The notes under the pieces are model-generated. The model had not been told where the DNA came from, searched no databases, and saw nothing but the letters and a program-made list of their open reading frames with translations. Shown one piece after another: positions 9,711 through 20,591 of a stretch of 64,000 bases of DNA. The DNA is from an uncultured Acidobacteriaceae bacterium. Lineage in GTDB: Bacteria > Acidobacteriota > Terriglobia > Terriglobales > Acidobacteriaceae. Within the stretch, counting starts at the first letter, position 1. Each line of letters starts with the position of its first letter. The DNA lies in assembly GCA_963816335.1 (NCBI GenBank), contig CAWFKA010000009.1, positions 360,392 through 424,391 on the forward strand. The letters run 5' to 3'. Made by a program: the position numbers and the translations under genes.

Positions 9711-11312
9711 ATGATCAAGGCCGATGTGTTCCCAGTTCTACGACCGACACTGCTTATTTTCGCTTGCGCCTTTGGCCCATGGACCATCGCGCACAGCCAG
9801 ACTCTCACGCTCTCGCCATCAACTTTGCCAAAAGTTGGCGAGGTGGATGAGCGCTTCCAGTCTTACAACATCGAGATGGTGGAAGTGACCGGTGGAAAGT
9901 TCTGGAAACCCTACGATCAGAAGGTTGACGCGATTCTTGCTGCACAGGCAGCTGCTCAAAAGACAGGTGCGGGCCAGCCAACTGGAATGAATCCAGATCT
10001 CTACCAGTACAGGTCACCGATCAATTTAAGTAGTCCACGACTTCGCAAACTAGCGGGTGCGTTGGGTCCGGCCTATCTGCGGGTAAGCGGCACATGGCAG
10101 AACTCCACATATTTTCTGAACTCGGACGATTCGTCGGTACCACCTCCACCTAAAGGGTTCAACAGCGTTTTGACACGCCAGCAGTGGAAAGGCGTGGTGG
10201 ATTTTGCCCACAATGCCGATGCGAAGATCGTCACTTCCTTCGCCACAAGCGTCGGAACGCGGGATGCGGCAGGTGTCTGGACACCAGAGCAGGCACACCA
10301 GTTCCTGGCGTATACGAAATCCATCGGCGGCAGCATCGCTGCGGCGGAATTTATGAACGAGCCAACATATGCCGAGATTGGTGGGGCGCCAAAAGGATAC
10401 AGTGCTGCCGATTATGGTCGGGACATATCCGTGTTTGTTCCGTTCATTCGACGAGAGGCGCCGAATATGATCCTACTTGGCCCAGGATCAGTGGGCGAAG
10501 GCGCCAGTCTGGGCGCGATGCGTCTACTGAAGTCTGAAGATCTCCTGACGGCGAGCGGGCCTGTGTTTGACGCATTTTCGTACCATTTCTACGGTGCGAT
10601 TTCGAATCGTTGTTCCTCCATGGGGGGAGGCAAGGGCGGGATCACTCCCGAACTCGCACTCTCTAACGAATGGCTATCAAGAACGAATACTGTCGAGGCC
10701 TTTTATGCGGGGCTTCGAGACCGTTTCATGCCTGGCAAGCCAATGTGGAATACGGAAACGGCGCAAGCCGCCTGCGGAGGAGATCGCTGGGCCGCGACTT
10801 TCATTGACAGTTTTCGCTATCTAAATCAGTTGGGAAGCCTCGCCAGGCACGGGGTTCAGGTGGTTGCGCACAATACTCTCGCGGCAAGCGACTATGGTCT
10901 GATCGACGAAAAGACGCTAAACCCGCGTCCGAATTATTGGGCAGCCCTTCTGTGGCGACAGTTGATGGGGACAACGGTACTGGATGCCGGAGCTTCGCCT
11001 TCAGAAAACCTGCACCTGTACGCTCACTGCATGCGTGGGAACTCAGGCGGAGTAGTGTTGATGGCAATTAATGCCGATCGCACAACGGCGCAATCGATCC
11101 AGTTGCCGAAGGCGGGAGAACGGTACACTCTGACTGCCAAAGATCTACTTGGCTCCGAAGTTAAGTTGAACGGCAACACGCTCTCTGTTGGTGGTGATAA
11201 TTCACTGCCAAAGATCGCCGGCGTCGCCACCAAGTCTGGAGTGATTACATTTGCGCCAACGAGCATTACGTTTCTCGCGTTCCCTAAAGCAAACAACCAA
11301 ACTTGTCATTAG
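9711..11312 (+). CDS. glycoside hydrolase family 79 (beta-glucuronidase / heparanase-like)
   Basis: Signal peptide. FMNEPT (acid/base Glu region) and WNTETAQAACGGDRWA (nucleophile Glu region) are typical of GH79. It lies adjacent to hexuronate catabolic genes. Confidence 0.8.
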   Translation: MIKADVFPVLRPTLLIFACAFGPWTIAHSQTLTLSPSTLPKVGEVDERFQSYNIEMVEVTGGKFWKPYDQKVDAILAAQAAAQKTGAGQPTGMNPDLYQYRSPINLSSPRLRKLAGALGPAYLRVSGTWQNSTYFLNSDDSSVPPPPKGFNSVLTRQQWKGVVDFAHNADAKIVTSFATSVGTRDAAGVWTPEQAHQFLAYTKSIGGSIAAAEFMNEPTYAEIGGAPKGYSAADYGRDISVFVPFIRREAPNMILLGPGSVGEGASLGAMRLLKSEDLLTASGPVFDAFSYHFYGAISNRCSSMGGGKGGITPELALSNEWLSRTNTVEAFYAGLRDRFMPGKPMWNTETAQAACGGDRWAATFIDSFRYLNQLGSLARHGVQVVAHNTLAASDYGLIDEKTLNPRPNYWAALLWRQLMGTTVLDAGASPSENLHLYAHCMRGNSGGVVLMAINADRTTAQSIQLPKAGERYTLTAKDLLGSEVKLNGNTLSVGGDNSLPKIAGVATKSGVITFAPTSITFLAFPKANNQTCH

Positions 11313-11540
11313 AGCGGCAGCTGAGGAGTGCTTGCGATGAGAAATTGCGAGTCTGGGAATATGCAATAGTGGCGTGATCCGTCTTGTTTACCTGAACAGG
11401 AATGGACATATTCCCTTCCCCGCGTTGCCTTGGCGGTGATTGTCGGCTATGCGATACTGAAAGGGCCCCGGAGAGATCCTGTCGACTCTTCAGCGATGGG
11501 GCAAGATTGTTCCTTTGAGACGTTCCTGTTTCAAGAGAGC

Positions 11541-11627
11541 GCCGGGATGGCGGAACTGGCAGACGCAGCGGACTCAAAATCCGCCGAGGGCAACCTCATC
11601 GGGGTTCGACCCCCCGTCCCGGCACCA
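11541..11627 (+). tRNA. tRNA-Leu (anticodon CAA)
   Basis: 87-nt cloverleaf: acceptor GCCGGGA/TCCCGGC, anticodon stem GCGGA/TCCGC with loop CTCAAAA, a long variable arm, T-arm CGGGG-TTCGACC-CCCCG and an encoded CCA. Confidence 0.9.
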
Positions 11628-11699
11628 GTGTAAATATCTGATATAAAACCACTTGTCTCTTTCTCTAAGGTTGATCCCTGCCAGAAGGAGCCCTCTAAG

Positions 11700-11790
11700 T
11701 TTCGCCTAAAATTCGCTTTCGGTACAATTTCGGTACAGTCGAGCTAGTTATCCTGGGTGTAACTGTTTGACATGAAAAGACTTCTAAAAT
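11700..11790 (+). repeat. conserved att-arm block (type 1, tRNA-distal arm) with CGGTACA direct repeats
   Basis: TTTCGCCTAAAATTCGCTTTCGGTACAATTTCGGTACAGTCGAGCTAG... starts 73 nt after the CCA. A near-identical block lies at 25527 and a diverged copy at 55726. Confidence 0.7.
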
Positions 11791-12122
11791 TTCGTAGGCT
11801 CGAGCCGCCCTCTCGGAATCGTGGCGGATAACCGATCCGCGAAAGAGGTAGAGAGTAGAGCATGTTTTCCCCTGATGTAGCAGATACTTGGTTGAAATCG
11901 ACTGAGAAAACGGAACGCCACGTTTACGGAACGGCGACTCCTCCTCCAGGTGAATGTGCTTCCTGAATCATTGCTCAATGAGTGCACTAGAGATTTCGCA
12001 CTCAATCGAGAAGGTGCGCTGGTGATCTTGGGCAGTCTACGTCTCCGTAAACATCAACTTGAGGAGCATGGCACGGCGGCTCGTCTTGCCCGGTGCAAGG
12101 CGGGAGGGACATGAGCCGCCGC

Positions 12123-14516
12123 TCAACGGAAGGTGCCTGTAAGAACAACCGCTTTGCCGGGCGTGATGGTAACCATGGCAGATTGTTCGCCGTAGAGCAC
12201 ACGATATTTTACCCGGTGGGCGGCGGATAACTTGAGCTTGGTCAGGTGGCCAGCCGTCCACTCAATGTCCAACTTCCCTCCGCCTCGTAGGCGCACGCCC
12301 TTCAGGCTGCCGTTCTGCCAGAGATGGGGGAGTGCCGGCAATACGGTGATTTCGGATTCGGTGCTCTGGACCAGCATCTCGGTGATCGCCCCCGGGCCGC
12401 CGAGGTTGCCGTCGATCTGGAAGGGTGGGCAGAGATCGAACATGTCGGGAAGGGTGTTGTTTGTGATCAAGGTCTTCAAGTTGGCGTAGGCCTGCTCGGA
12501 ATTGTGCAGCCGCGCCCAGAGGGCTATTCTCCACACGTCGGACCAGCCCGTTTCGCCAATTCCTCGCAGGTCGAGTGACTTATTCGCGGCCACGGCGAGC
12601 GCGGGAGTGGACTTGAGACTGATGTCGTGTCCTGGATAAAGAGAGTAGAGATGCGAGACGTGGCGATGGTGCGGCTCTGACTCCGGATAGTCTTCGATCC
12701 ATTCCTGAAGCTGGCCGCGCTTGCCGACCTGGAGCGGAGGGAGGCGCTGTTCGGTGCGGTCCAGCCGGGATTGAAACTCGGCGTCGGTTGCGAGTATTTT
12801 GGCGGCGCGGCGGCAGTTCTCGAAGAGCTCGCGTATCAATTCGAGGTCCATGGTGGAGGCGTAGGTGAGGCTGGCGGGCTGGCCGTTGAGAAGGTAGGAG
12901 TTCTCGGGTGAGGTTGAGGGGCTTGTGACCAGGAGGCCGGCGAAGGGGCTGCCAGCCGGGGCCTCGACCAGGGTACCGAGGATGAATTCAGCGGCGCCCT
13001 TCATGGCGGGGTAGGCGTCGCGGCGGAGGAACTCGCGATCGCCGCTGAACTCGTAGTGGTCCCACATCTGGTTGGCGAGCCACGCTTGTCCCATGGGCCA
13101 AATGCCGCTGGTGGCGTCGACTGGGGCGGTTGCGCCCCAGATATCGGTGTTGTGGTGAAGCACCCAGCCGTCACTGTGATACTCCACCTGTGCCGTCTTC
13201 GCGCCGCTCACTCGCAATTCGCGGATCAGGTTCCAGAGCGGCTGCTGCGTCTCCCACAGATCTCCTGTGTCAGCCTGCCAGTAGTTCATCTCGAGGTTGA
13301 TGTTGGTGGTGAACTTGCTGCTCCACGCGGGGCTGAGATCCTGGTTCCAGATTCCCTGCAGGTTGGCGGGCGGGCCGCCGGGACGGGAGGAGGAAATGAG
13401 CAGATAGCGGCCAAACTCGAAGTAAAGCGCGAGCAGGGTGGGATCGTCGCTGGCGGCGAAGGCCTTGATGCGGCGGTCGGTTGTCTCGGTGGATTGATCT
13501 TCCCCGAGGCTTAGTTGAACGCGGTTGAACAGGCCCTGGAAATCTTGCAGATGCCTCTGCCTCAGCTCGGCGTAGGAGTGCTTCTCCGCGCGCTGAAGAT
13601 AGCCTTGCGCCGCGCCCACAGCGTCGCCGCTGATGTTCTGGAAGTTTTTAAAGCTGGTGGCGTTGCTGAAGAGGAGGGTGACCGCGTTGGCGCCGGAGAT
13701 CTCAAGGCTCCCGCCGGCGGCTCGCACCGTGCCTCCTTCGGGGAGCGCCTTCACCACTGCGGCGAACCGCATCCCCGGCTGGTCCCAGCCGCCGGTCCAG
13801 TTGCGTGGCGAGGCCGGCCGCGGCTGGATCTGACCAGTGAGCCGCAGCGAGTTCTCCGCGGTGCTTTCGACGCTGGAGCCTGTTTGCGGAGAATCCATGC
13901 GTAACGTAAACGCGAGCTGGCCTGGCTGGCTGGAGGTGATTCGAACGACTAGCACCTGGTCAGGAAAGGAGATGAAAGCTTCGCGCCGGAAGGTGGTGGA
14001 GCCGACCTTATACGTCGTCTCCGCGGTTGCGTCGTTGAGATTGAGGTCGCGGCGATAGTCGGTGGCCTGGCCATGGCCGGCGAAGTGCATCCGTAGATCG
14101 CAAAAGGGCTGGTAGGGCATCAACATTCTCGGCTGGCCCATCATGGACGACGCAGCCAGCTTTTCCGCATCAGCTACCTTGCCGGCGAAGATAAGACTCC
14201 TGATCTCGTCGAGGTGCGCATTGGAGTCGGGAGCCACATAGTCGCGCGGACCGCCTCCCCAGAGGGTGCTCTCGTTGATCTGGAGACGCTCATCCTCGGT
14301 GCCGCCGAAGACCATGGCGCCGATGCGGCCATTGCCCAGAGGCAATGCCTCGGTCCATGGTCCGGCAGGCTTGTCGTAGGCGAGCTTCAGGGGCGATTGA
14401 GCCACTGCATGGAAGGGATGGTACAGCGCCACCGTCAACAGCAGATTGAGCGCTAATTTTAGTTTGGATTGCATTCTCCCTCGCGTCCTTCCGGTCCTGC
14501 CATCCGTTCTCCTCAA
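12123..14516 (-). CDS. glycoside hydrolase family 95 (alpha-L-fucosidase-like)
   Basis: GH95 N-terminal signature PLGNGRIGAMVFGG...INESTLWGGGP, with typical size. The ATG at 14474 (MQSKLKLALNLLL...) gives a cleaner signal peptide than the TTG at 14516. Confidence 0.85.
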   Translation of the reverse strand: MRRTDGRTGRTRGRMQSKLKLALNLLLTVALYHPFHAVAQSPLKLAYDKPAGPWTEALPLGNGRIGAMVFGGTEDERLQINESTLWGGGPRDYVAPDSNAHLDEIRSLIFAGKVADAEKLAASSMMGQPRMLMPYQPFCDLRMHFAGHGQATDYRRDLNLNDATAETTYKVGSTTFRREAFISFPDQVLVVRITSSQPGQLAFTLRMDSPQTGSSVESTAENSLRLTGQIQPRPASPRNWTGGWDQPGMRFAAVVKALPEGGTVRAAGGSLEISGANAVTLLFSNATSFKNFQNISGDAVGAAQGYLQRAEKHSYAELRQRHLQDFQGLFNRVQLSLGEDQSTETTDRRIKAFAASDDPTLLALYFEFGRYLLISSSRPGGPPANLQGIWNQDLSPAWSSKFTTNINLEMNYWQADTGDLWETQQPLWNLIRELRVSGAKTAQVEYHSDGWVLHHNTDIWGATAPVDATSGIWPMGQAWLANQMWDHYEFSGDREFLRRDAYPAMKGAAEFILGTLVEAPAGSPFAGLLVTSPSTSPENSYLLNGQPASLTYASTMDLELIRELFENCRRAAKILATDAEFQSRLDRTEQRLPPLQVGKRGQLQEWIEDYPESEPHHRHVSHLYSLYPGHDISLKSTPALAVAANKSLDLRGIGETGWSDVWRIALWARLHNSEQAYANLKTLITNNTLPDMFDLCPPFQIDGNLGGPGAITEMLVQSTESEITVLPALPHLWQNGSLKGVRLRGGGKLDIEWTAGHLTKLKLSAAHRVKYRVLYGEQSAMVTITPGKAVVLTGTFR

Positions 14517-15179
14517 TCGTTTCTGCTTATCCGCGCACGATGACGCAGACTCATCGGTCCTGACTTGGTTGCTTCAAGCTGGTTTGAATCGCGACCTATC
14601 CTACATTATGGCAGCCGTGCGATCAGGGGCGCCTGGTCCGGTCGCGCCGGCTATTCCTTGCAAAGCCTCTCGGCTGTCAACAAGAAAGGACCTCTTCCGC
14701 AAGGCCGTCGAGGCCGGGGTTGTTGCATAAAGATCGACTTTCCTTCGGCGTCCAATCGTGACCTCTCCAACTGGTTCGGCGACACGGCGAGGGACGCCGC
14801 GGACGCGCATCTGCTGTTGGACGCGTGGATTCGCACGGACGACAGTGTCACGCGAACGGACCATATCAATGTGGATCTCTCGCCGGGTGGTGGTTTCGTC
14901 GGATGGATTCGCAAATAGGATCGCCGCTCGAACATTTGGTGAACTCACAACAAGCCGGGAACTCAAGCCATCCCGAGACCGAGTCCCAGAGTCAATCTGT
15001 CCCGCTGTTCATTGGCATGGTCAGCGCAGTGCACCTGCTCAACTGGCGAGAACAGGACTTACCGCTTATCGAGCGGGAGAACAACCCGGCAGCGGGTCAG
15101 TTTACGATTTGGCGATTTGTCGCCAATGCACGACAAAGTTACTTCAGGCTTCTTTGCCGTCAATTCGGGCAGGTCCAAG

Positions 15180-17945
15180 CTAATCCAGTCGCAAGGCCCT
15201 CACGGGGTCAATGGATGCCGCACGGCGTGCGGGGATCATTCCAGCAACGAATGCCGCCATTGCCAGGGTCACAATCGCGCCTGCCATCACGTTGAAGTCT
15301 GCGCTGGTGATCTCATAGAGCTGAGATTTCACAAATCGCACGCAGAGCAGCGCAACAGGGATTCCGATCGCCAGCCCGAGCGGCGGCTTGAATCATTGCC
15401 CCCCGCATCACCATCGCAATCACTCCTCTGCGTTCTGCACCGAGCGCCATGCGGATACCAATCTCCGGAGTCCGCCGCACAACGGAATACGCGGTCACGC
15501 CGTATAAGCCAATCAGTCGCCAGCAGCAGGGCCAATGCGCCAAAGAGCGTTGATAGTCGCGACATCATTCTGTCGGTGGAAAACCGATCGGCGATCTGAT
15601 CATCGAATGTCTCAAACTTCATCACGGTCAGGTTCGGATTGATGCCGGCAAGCGTAGTCCGGGCAAGTTTTTCCATGTCGTTCATCGGACGTTCGGTTTC
15701 GATGCACAATCGCTCCCAGATAGAGCGAATCATCTTTTTCAATCGGCACTTTTGAGCTGATCGACCGCTGCATCGTCGGCACGAAATACATTCGGTGATC
15801 CTTCCAACGCGCGCTGGTGTAGGCCGTGTCCTCCACCACTCCAACGATCTCAAAATCTCCGGGCGAATTCGGCCCCGGCGATCCGATGTGATGTCCGATC
15901 GGGTTTTCACCAGGACTGAAAAGCTTCTTTACGAGCGATTCGTTTACCACTGCGACCGGGCGTTGCAGCCGGCGTATCCCGAATGCTGATGCCGCGACCC
16001 ATCACAACGCGCGTTCCCACCGAATCGAAATACTCCGCGTTTGCCCGTATGACTGAGGCTACGACATGCTGGAAAGGCTGTCCCTGCACCTGAACGCCCC
16101 AGCCGTTGTTGTTGTCTTCCATCGGCGTATACGAGGCGATGCCCACTTTCAACACGCCCGGAAGCGCATGGAATCGGTCCTCCATGGTCCGGTACAGTGC
16201 CTCCAATTGGACTTGTGTATAGCCCGCTGCTTGAGGATTGATGTGCACGATGTACCGGTTCCTCGCGTCCAGCTTCAGATCTTTGCGCTCGAGTTTTCTC
16301 AGGCTCTGCAAGAACAACCCCGCGCCAACCAGCAGCACCAGGGATAGTCCCACCTGAAGTACGACGAGCGAACGCTGCATAAGAGAAGCTCCCGTCGTCG
16401 TCATTCCGCGCGCCGCTCCGCAGTGCGTCGATCGGATCCGCCTGCGCCGCAATCCAGGCCGGCGCCACGCCGAAGAGAAGTCCAGTGAGCAAGCGACAGC
16501 CCGCACGCAAATCCAAGAACGACAGCGACGGGCTGGCATGGATCGGAATATTTTGCGCTCCGGGGAAAGCCAACATCAACAGCATGCGCGCTCCTGCATA
16601 GGCAACGACGAGTCCGACGATACCGCCCATTCCAGCCAGCACGATGCTTTCCGTAAGCAATTGACGAATGATTCTTCCGCGCACTGCTCCCAGCGCGGCG
16701 CGCATTGAGATCTCCGCGCGACGTCCCATCCCGCGCACCAGCAGAAGATTGGCGATGTTAGCGCAGGCAATCAACAGAACGAGACCGGCAATCCACATCA
16801 GCAGATGCAGTTGCGATCCATACCCCTCCTGCATTGCCTGAATCCCCGCGCCGCCCGGCGTCAGCACCACATGGACTTTCGTCAGCAATGTCTTGCCCTG
16901 CTTCCGATGAAAAAAACTCGTCTCGTTGCAAGTGCCTGCCGCAGCAAGCTCAGTCACCTTCTCCTGGAGCGGAGCGATCGCCACGCCCGGCTTTATGCGC
17001 CCAACAATGTAGAGCCAATTCTGGTTAGGGTTGTGAACGTAGGGGACATTCGCCAGCACCGGCATCGTCTCGATCGGCAGGTAGAATTCCGGCGGATCGG
17101 TCGCCAGCCGGTCACCATAAAATCCCTCCGGCGCAATGCCAACGATTGTTACCGGCTTCGTATTGATCCAGAAGGTGCTTCCCACCACCGATGCATCGCC
17201 CGCATAATTTCGCTGCCAGGCCTCATAGCTCATCACCGCTGTCATGGGTGCGCCCTGCGTATCGTCTGCATCCATCAACAAGCGCCCAGCCTGCGGCTGC
17301 AGCCCAAAGGTGCGGAAGTAATTGCCGGAGACAAACTCGCCCATCACCGAGCGCGATGTCGTCTGCGATGCCATCGCGCCGCGCAATGACAGGCCGGTAG
17401 CCGAAGCCGGCCTGCATCGCGGCCAGCTCTTCAAATTCCGGCAGGTTTTTCTTCAGCTGCTCATACGCGTCGGTGGAGAACATGGCATAGTCGCCATTCT
17501 GCCGAAGCCCGGAACCCAGGCAGCAATCGTTGTTGTCGCCCAGGCGCACCAAAGATCCAGGATCGGTGACGGGCAGCTTTTTCAAGCAGCACCGCGTTCA
17601 CCAGCGTGAAGATCGCGGCATTTGCGCCGATTCCCAATGCCAGCGTCAGCAGCACCGTAACTGTGAATGCGGGCGTCTTTCTCAGCTGCCGAAGCGCATA
17701 ACGAATATCCTGGGCGTGGTTGTCGAGAAGGGTTATGCCGCGAGATTCACGGCAGTCTTCCTTGACACTGCCGAGACTGCCGAACTCAAGGCGAGTCTGC
17801 CGCATCGCCTCCTTCTGCGAGAGGCCCGCTCGAACATACTTCTCCACCTGTTGTTCAAGATGAAATGCAGTTCCTCGTCAAGTTCGTTTTCAACTGTGGT
17901 CCGCCGAAACAGAGATCGAAGACGGAAAATCAAATCGCTCAGCAT
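15180..17945 (-). pseudogene. ADOP-type (FtsX/MacB-like) ABC transporter permease, multiply frameshifted
   Basis: Typical N-terminus [28 protein letters not shown], then [25 protein letters not shown] and periplasmic segments, and the C-terminal end IPARRAASIDPVRALRLD*. These pieces are spread over at least 6 ORF fragments in different frames. Confidence 0.8.
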
Positions 17946-17955
17946 GCAGCACCTC

Positions 17956-18288
17956 CTAAACCGTTCCCAGCACCTGGGCCACCGCGGCGGTCAGTTTCGC
18001 CCAGGCGTCCTTCTCCACCTCGAGTTGCTCACGCCCACTCTTTGAGAGTTCGTAGTATTTGGCACGACGGTTGTTCTCCGACGTTCCCCAGCGAGCCTTG
18101 ATCAATCCACGACGCTCCAGCCGGTGCAGTGCCGGATATAGCGAGCCTTGCTGAATCCGCAGCACGTCACTCGACATCTGCTGGACACGCTCAGAGATGG
18201 CCCAACCGTGTTGGCGGCCAAGGGCAAGCGTGCGAAGAATGAGGAGATCCAGGGTTCCTTGTGGAAGGTCGATATGTTGGGCAGTCAT
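17956..18288 (-). CDS. PadR family transcriptional regulator
   Basis: 110 aa from the ATG at 18288: LDLLILRTLALGRQHGWAISERV...GSLYPALHRLERRGLI. It is preceded by AAGGGGA. The longer track ORF (to 18753) is an artefactual extension. Confidence 0.9.
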   Translation of the reverse strand: MTAQHIDLPQGTLDLLILRTLALGRQHGWAISERVQQMSSDVLRIQQGSLYPALHRLERRGLIKARWGTSENNRRAKYYELSKSGREQLEVEKDAWAKLTAAVAQVLGTV

Positions 18289-18302
18289 TGCTTCCCCTTT
18301 CG

Positions 18303-18338
18303 CTTCTACAGGAAAAACTATAACACTTCTTGTAGAAG
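18303..18338. promoter_or_regulatory. inverted repeat CTTCTACA-N20-TGTAGAAG, candidate PadR operator
   Basis: Lies 15 nt upstream of the padR start, in the divergent region facing the propeller gene. Confidence 0.3.
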
Positions 18339-18650
18339 TGCAAGGGGAACGGTCGATCTTGTCGTAAGTAGCTTGCCAGCAAAGAGGGCGCAGCGAGCGC
18401 CTTGTTGGTCTGAAGAACACGGCATGGTTCAGCGATGAGTGAGCACTGAGCGATTCAGAAACAGCAAAGCGGGATGCTTGGCGAGTGCTCCGTTTCCCGT
18501 TTCCTTCTTTTGTCCGAATGGGGATATAGTAGGCCCTCCAAGGAAAATTCCCAGGAAGAGAGAATCCCATGGATCCCAACGCACCTGTATTGGAAGTTAC
18601 TTTTGTCTCTAATGACAACGATAACAAGATCTTAGCCTGCTCCTCCAGCA

Positions 18651-20315
18651 ATGGCCAGTCCGGCGGGTGCCAGTCAAGTATGGTGGAACTTTCAGTACTG
18701 GGTCGTTTTTGTAGCCAACGACAGCTCGCATGCCGTACTGCTCTCAAATTCATCAGACGGCTTTAACTGGTCTGCGCCGATCCAAACGAATCAGAGGAGT
18801 CAGGCCGCGCCGTCGCTGACGGTCTTCAACGATCAGCTCTGGATCGCGTTCATCGCCGACGATTCGAGCAATCAAATCCTGCTGTGCTTTTCGGGCGACG
18901 GGACAAATTGGTCGGGCACGGTGACCACCGGACAGTCGAGCCGGCAGCCGGTCGGTCTGGCAGTCACTGATTCCCGGCTCGCGATGGCGTTTATCTCCAA
19001 TGACGGAACCAACTCGCTTCTTGCCGCTGTTTCGGCGGATGGGAAGCATTGGTCGATGGGATCGACCGGGCAAACATGCCAGGGCGCACCGGGGCTTTCG
19101 AGTCTGAACGGGCGGCTGTGGGTTGTGTTCCAGGCGAACGACTCGAGCAACACGCTGCTGACGTGTTCCTCGGGGGATGGCCTGAACTGGAGTGGACTGG
19201 CATCTACGGGGCAGTCGAGCAAACTAGCGCCGAATCTTGTGACCTACAACAACCAGTTATGGATGGCGTTTGTTGCGAACGACTCGAGCAACACGTTGTA
19301 CGTGATGTCTTCGTCGGATGGCAGTTCCTGGAGTGGGCTGACGAATGTGAATCAGTCGAGCAAGACGTCGCCTTCGCTATCGTCGAAGTTCATCCAAACG
19401 GGAACGATCCAACCGAAGTATCATGTGTTGAGCGTGATGTACGCACCTCCTGGGACCGAGGGGAAGGCCAACCCTTCGTCGGTGAGCTACTCGACGGGGA
19501 GTTCGTTGGGGACGACCGTTTCAACGACCTCGGCCTTCAAGTCGACGGTGAAAGTAGAAGCGGAAGGGACTGGCGGCGGTGCGTCGTTCGGGTACTCCCA
19601 CTCCAGCTCCAACACCGACTCGATCCAGATCACGAAGACGGAAGGATCGACGGAAACACTGGGCGGTCCGTCTAGCGACGGCATCGACCACAACCAAGAC
19701 CGCTTCTCTCTCTGGCTGAACCCAATCCTGACGGTGACGATTGGGCCGGGTAAGGCTGTGAACTGGAAACTGGGAGTCTCTGACGGTCCCATGAGGATCC
19801 AGGAGGTGACGGTCGCGCAACTTAAAAACCCAGCGCTGCTCTCGCCGGGGGTGAAGGCAGACTTCGACAAAGTAGGCATGACGACTGACGATTTCGCCAC
19901 GATTTTGGCTTTAAATCCGTTTGCGGCATCGGCCAACTATGTTCCCGACCCAAATCGCTATGAGCCGCTCAGTCAATCGATTCCGTATGATCCACCCTAT
20001 TCGGATCAGGGGCTCGGATCTGATGCCCATAGCTACACCGTTTCTACCGCGAACATCAACGCCAGTTCGCAGACGCTGGAGAGCAAATACTCCGTAGGTG
20101 TGAAGCTCAATCTCGACTTCGGAGTCTTCAAATTGAAGAGCTCCACCGAACTGGAGTGGACAAACAGCTCCACCGACAGCACAAGCACGGGCTCGACGCA
20201 GTCTGCGACGGTGACGATCACCGGGCCGGCCTATGGGTACACGGGACCCACGGATGTGCTGGTGTACTGGGACAAGCTGTATAACACCTTCGCATTCACG
20301 TTGACGTCTGGGTAG
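18651..20315 (+). CDS. Asp-box (BNR-like) beta-propeller protein with a Ser/Thr-rich beta-rich C-terminal half
   Basis: Five ~47-aa tandem repeats (LWxAFxANDSSNxLL..S.DGxNWSG....QSS..AP.L). The following ~300 aa are rich in alternating polar/hydrophobic strands. An extra repeat-like unit sits out of frame at 18569-18650. Confidence 0.6.
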   Translation: MASPAGASQVWWNFQYWVVFVANDSSHAVLLSNSSDGFNWSAPIQTNQRSQAAPSLTVFNDQLWIAFIADDSSNQILLCFSGDGTNWSGTVTTGQSSRQPVGLAVTDSRLAMAFISNDGTNSLLAAVSADGKHWSMGSTGQTCQGAPGLSSLNGRLWVVFQANDSSNTLLTCSSGDGLNWSGLASTGQSSKLAPNLVTYNNQLWMAFVANDSSNTLYVMSSSDGSSWSGLTNVNQSSKTSPSLSSKFIQTGTIQPKYHVLSVMYAPPGTEGKANPSSVSYSTGSSLGTTVSTTSAFKSTVKVEAEGTGGGASFGYSHSSSNTDSIQITKTEGSTETLGGPSSDGIDHNQDRFSLWLNPILTVTIGPGKAVNWKLGVSDGPMRIQEVTVAQLKNPALLSPGVKADFDKVGMTTDDFATILALNPFAASANYVPDPNRYEPLSQSIPYDPPYSDQGLGSDAHSYTVSTANINASSQTLESKYSVGVKLNLDFGVFKLKSSTELEWTNSSTDSTSTGSTQSATVTITGPAYGYTGPTDVLVYWDKLYNTFAFTLTSG

Positions 20316-20591
20316 TGGACTCGGCGGGGAAAGCTGTTGCGAGTGTCCCAGTGACGCTGACCGCCGGAGCGACGAGGCTGCAGGCTTCACTCATGTCAAA
20401 GGGGAGTTCCGGAAATTCGTCTGCCGCTGTGAAGGCCTGTGTGCTCAAAATCGCAATCACTTCCTCGCCGGCGGGGCAGACTGATAGGCAGTATGCTGCT
20501 TTGTAATTCGCGCCAAAACGAAAGGCTCTGCCACATCGATGGCGCGCTGAAGACCAGACCTGCGATTCATCGCGCCTGGGTGCATACACCC

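Noticed and set aside
11771-12122. Possible integrase remnant right after the tRNA-distal arm (short ORFs MKRLLKFRRLEPP..., MFSPDVADTWLKSTEK...)
   Set aside because: This is where an integrase would be expected, but I could find no tyrosine-recombinase motifs (R..HxxR..Y) in any frame. The coding status is unsupported.
14517-15179. Overlapping 94-156 codon ORFs on both strands between GH95 and the ADOP pseudogene
   Set aside because: Several frames look vaguely protein-like (for example NWFGDTARDAADAHLLLDAWIRTDD) but none could be tied to a family or to a consistent frame. It is treated as probable decayed DNA.
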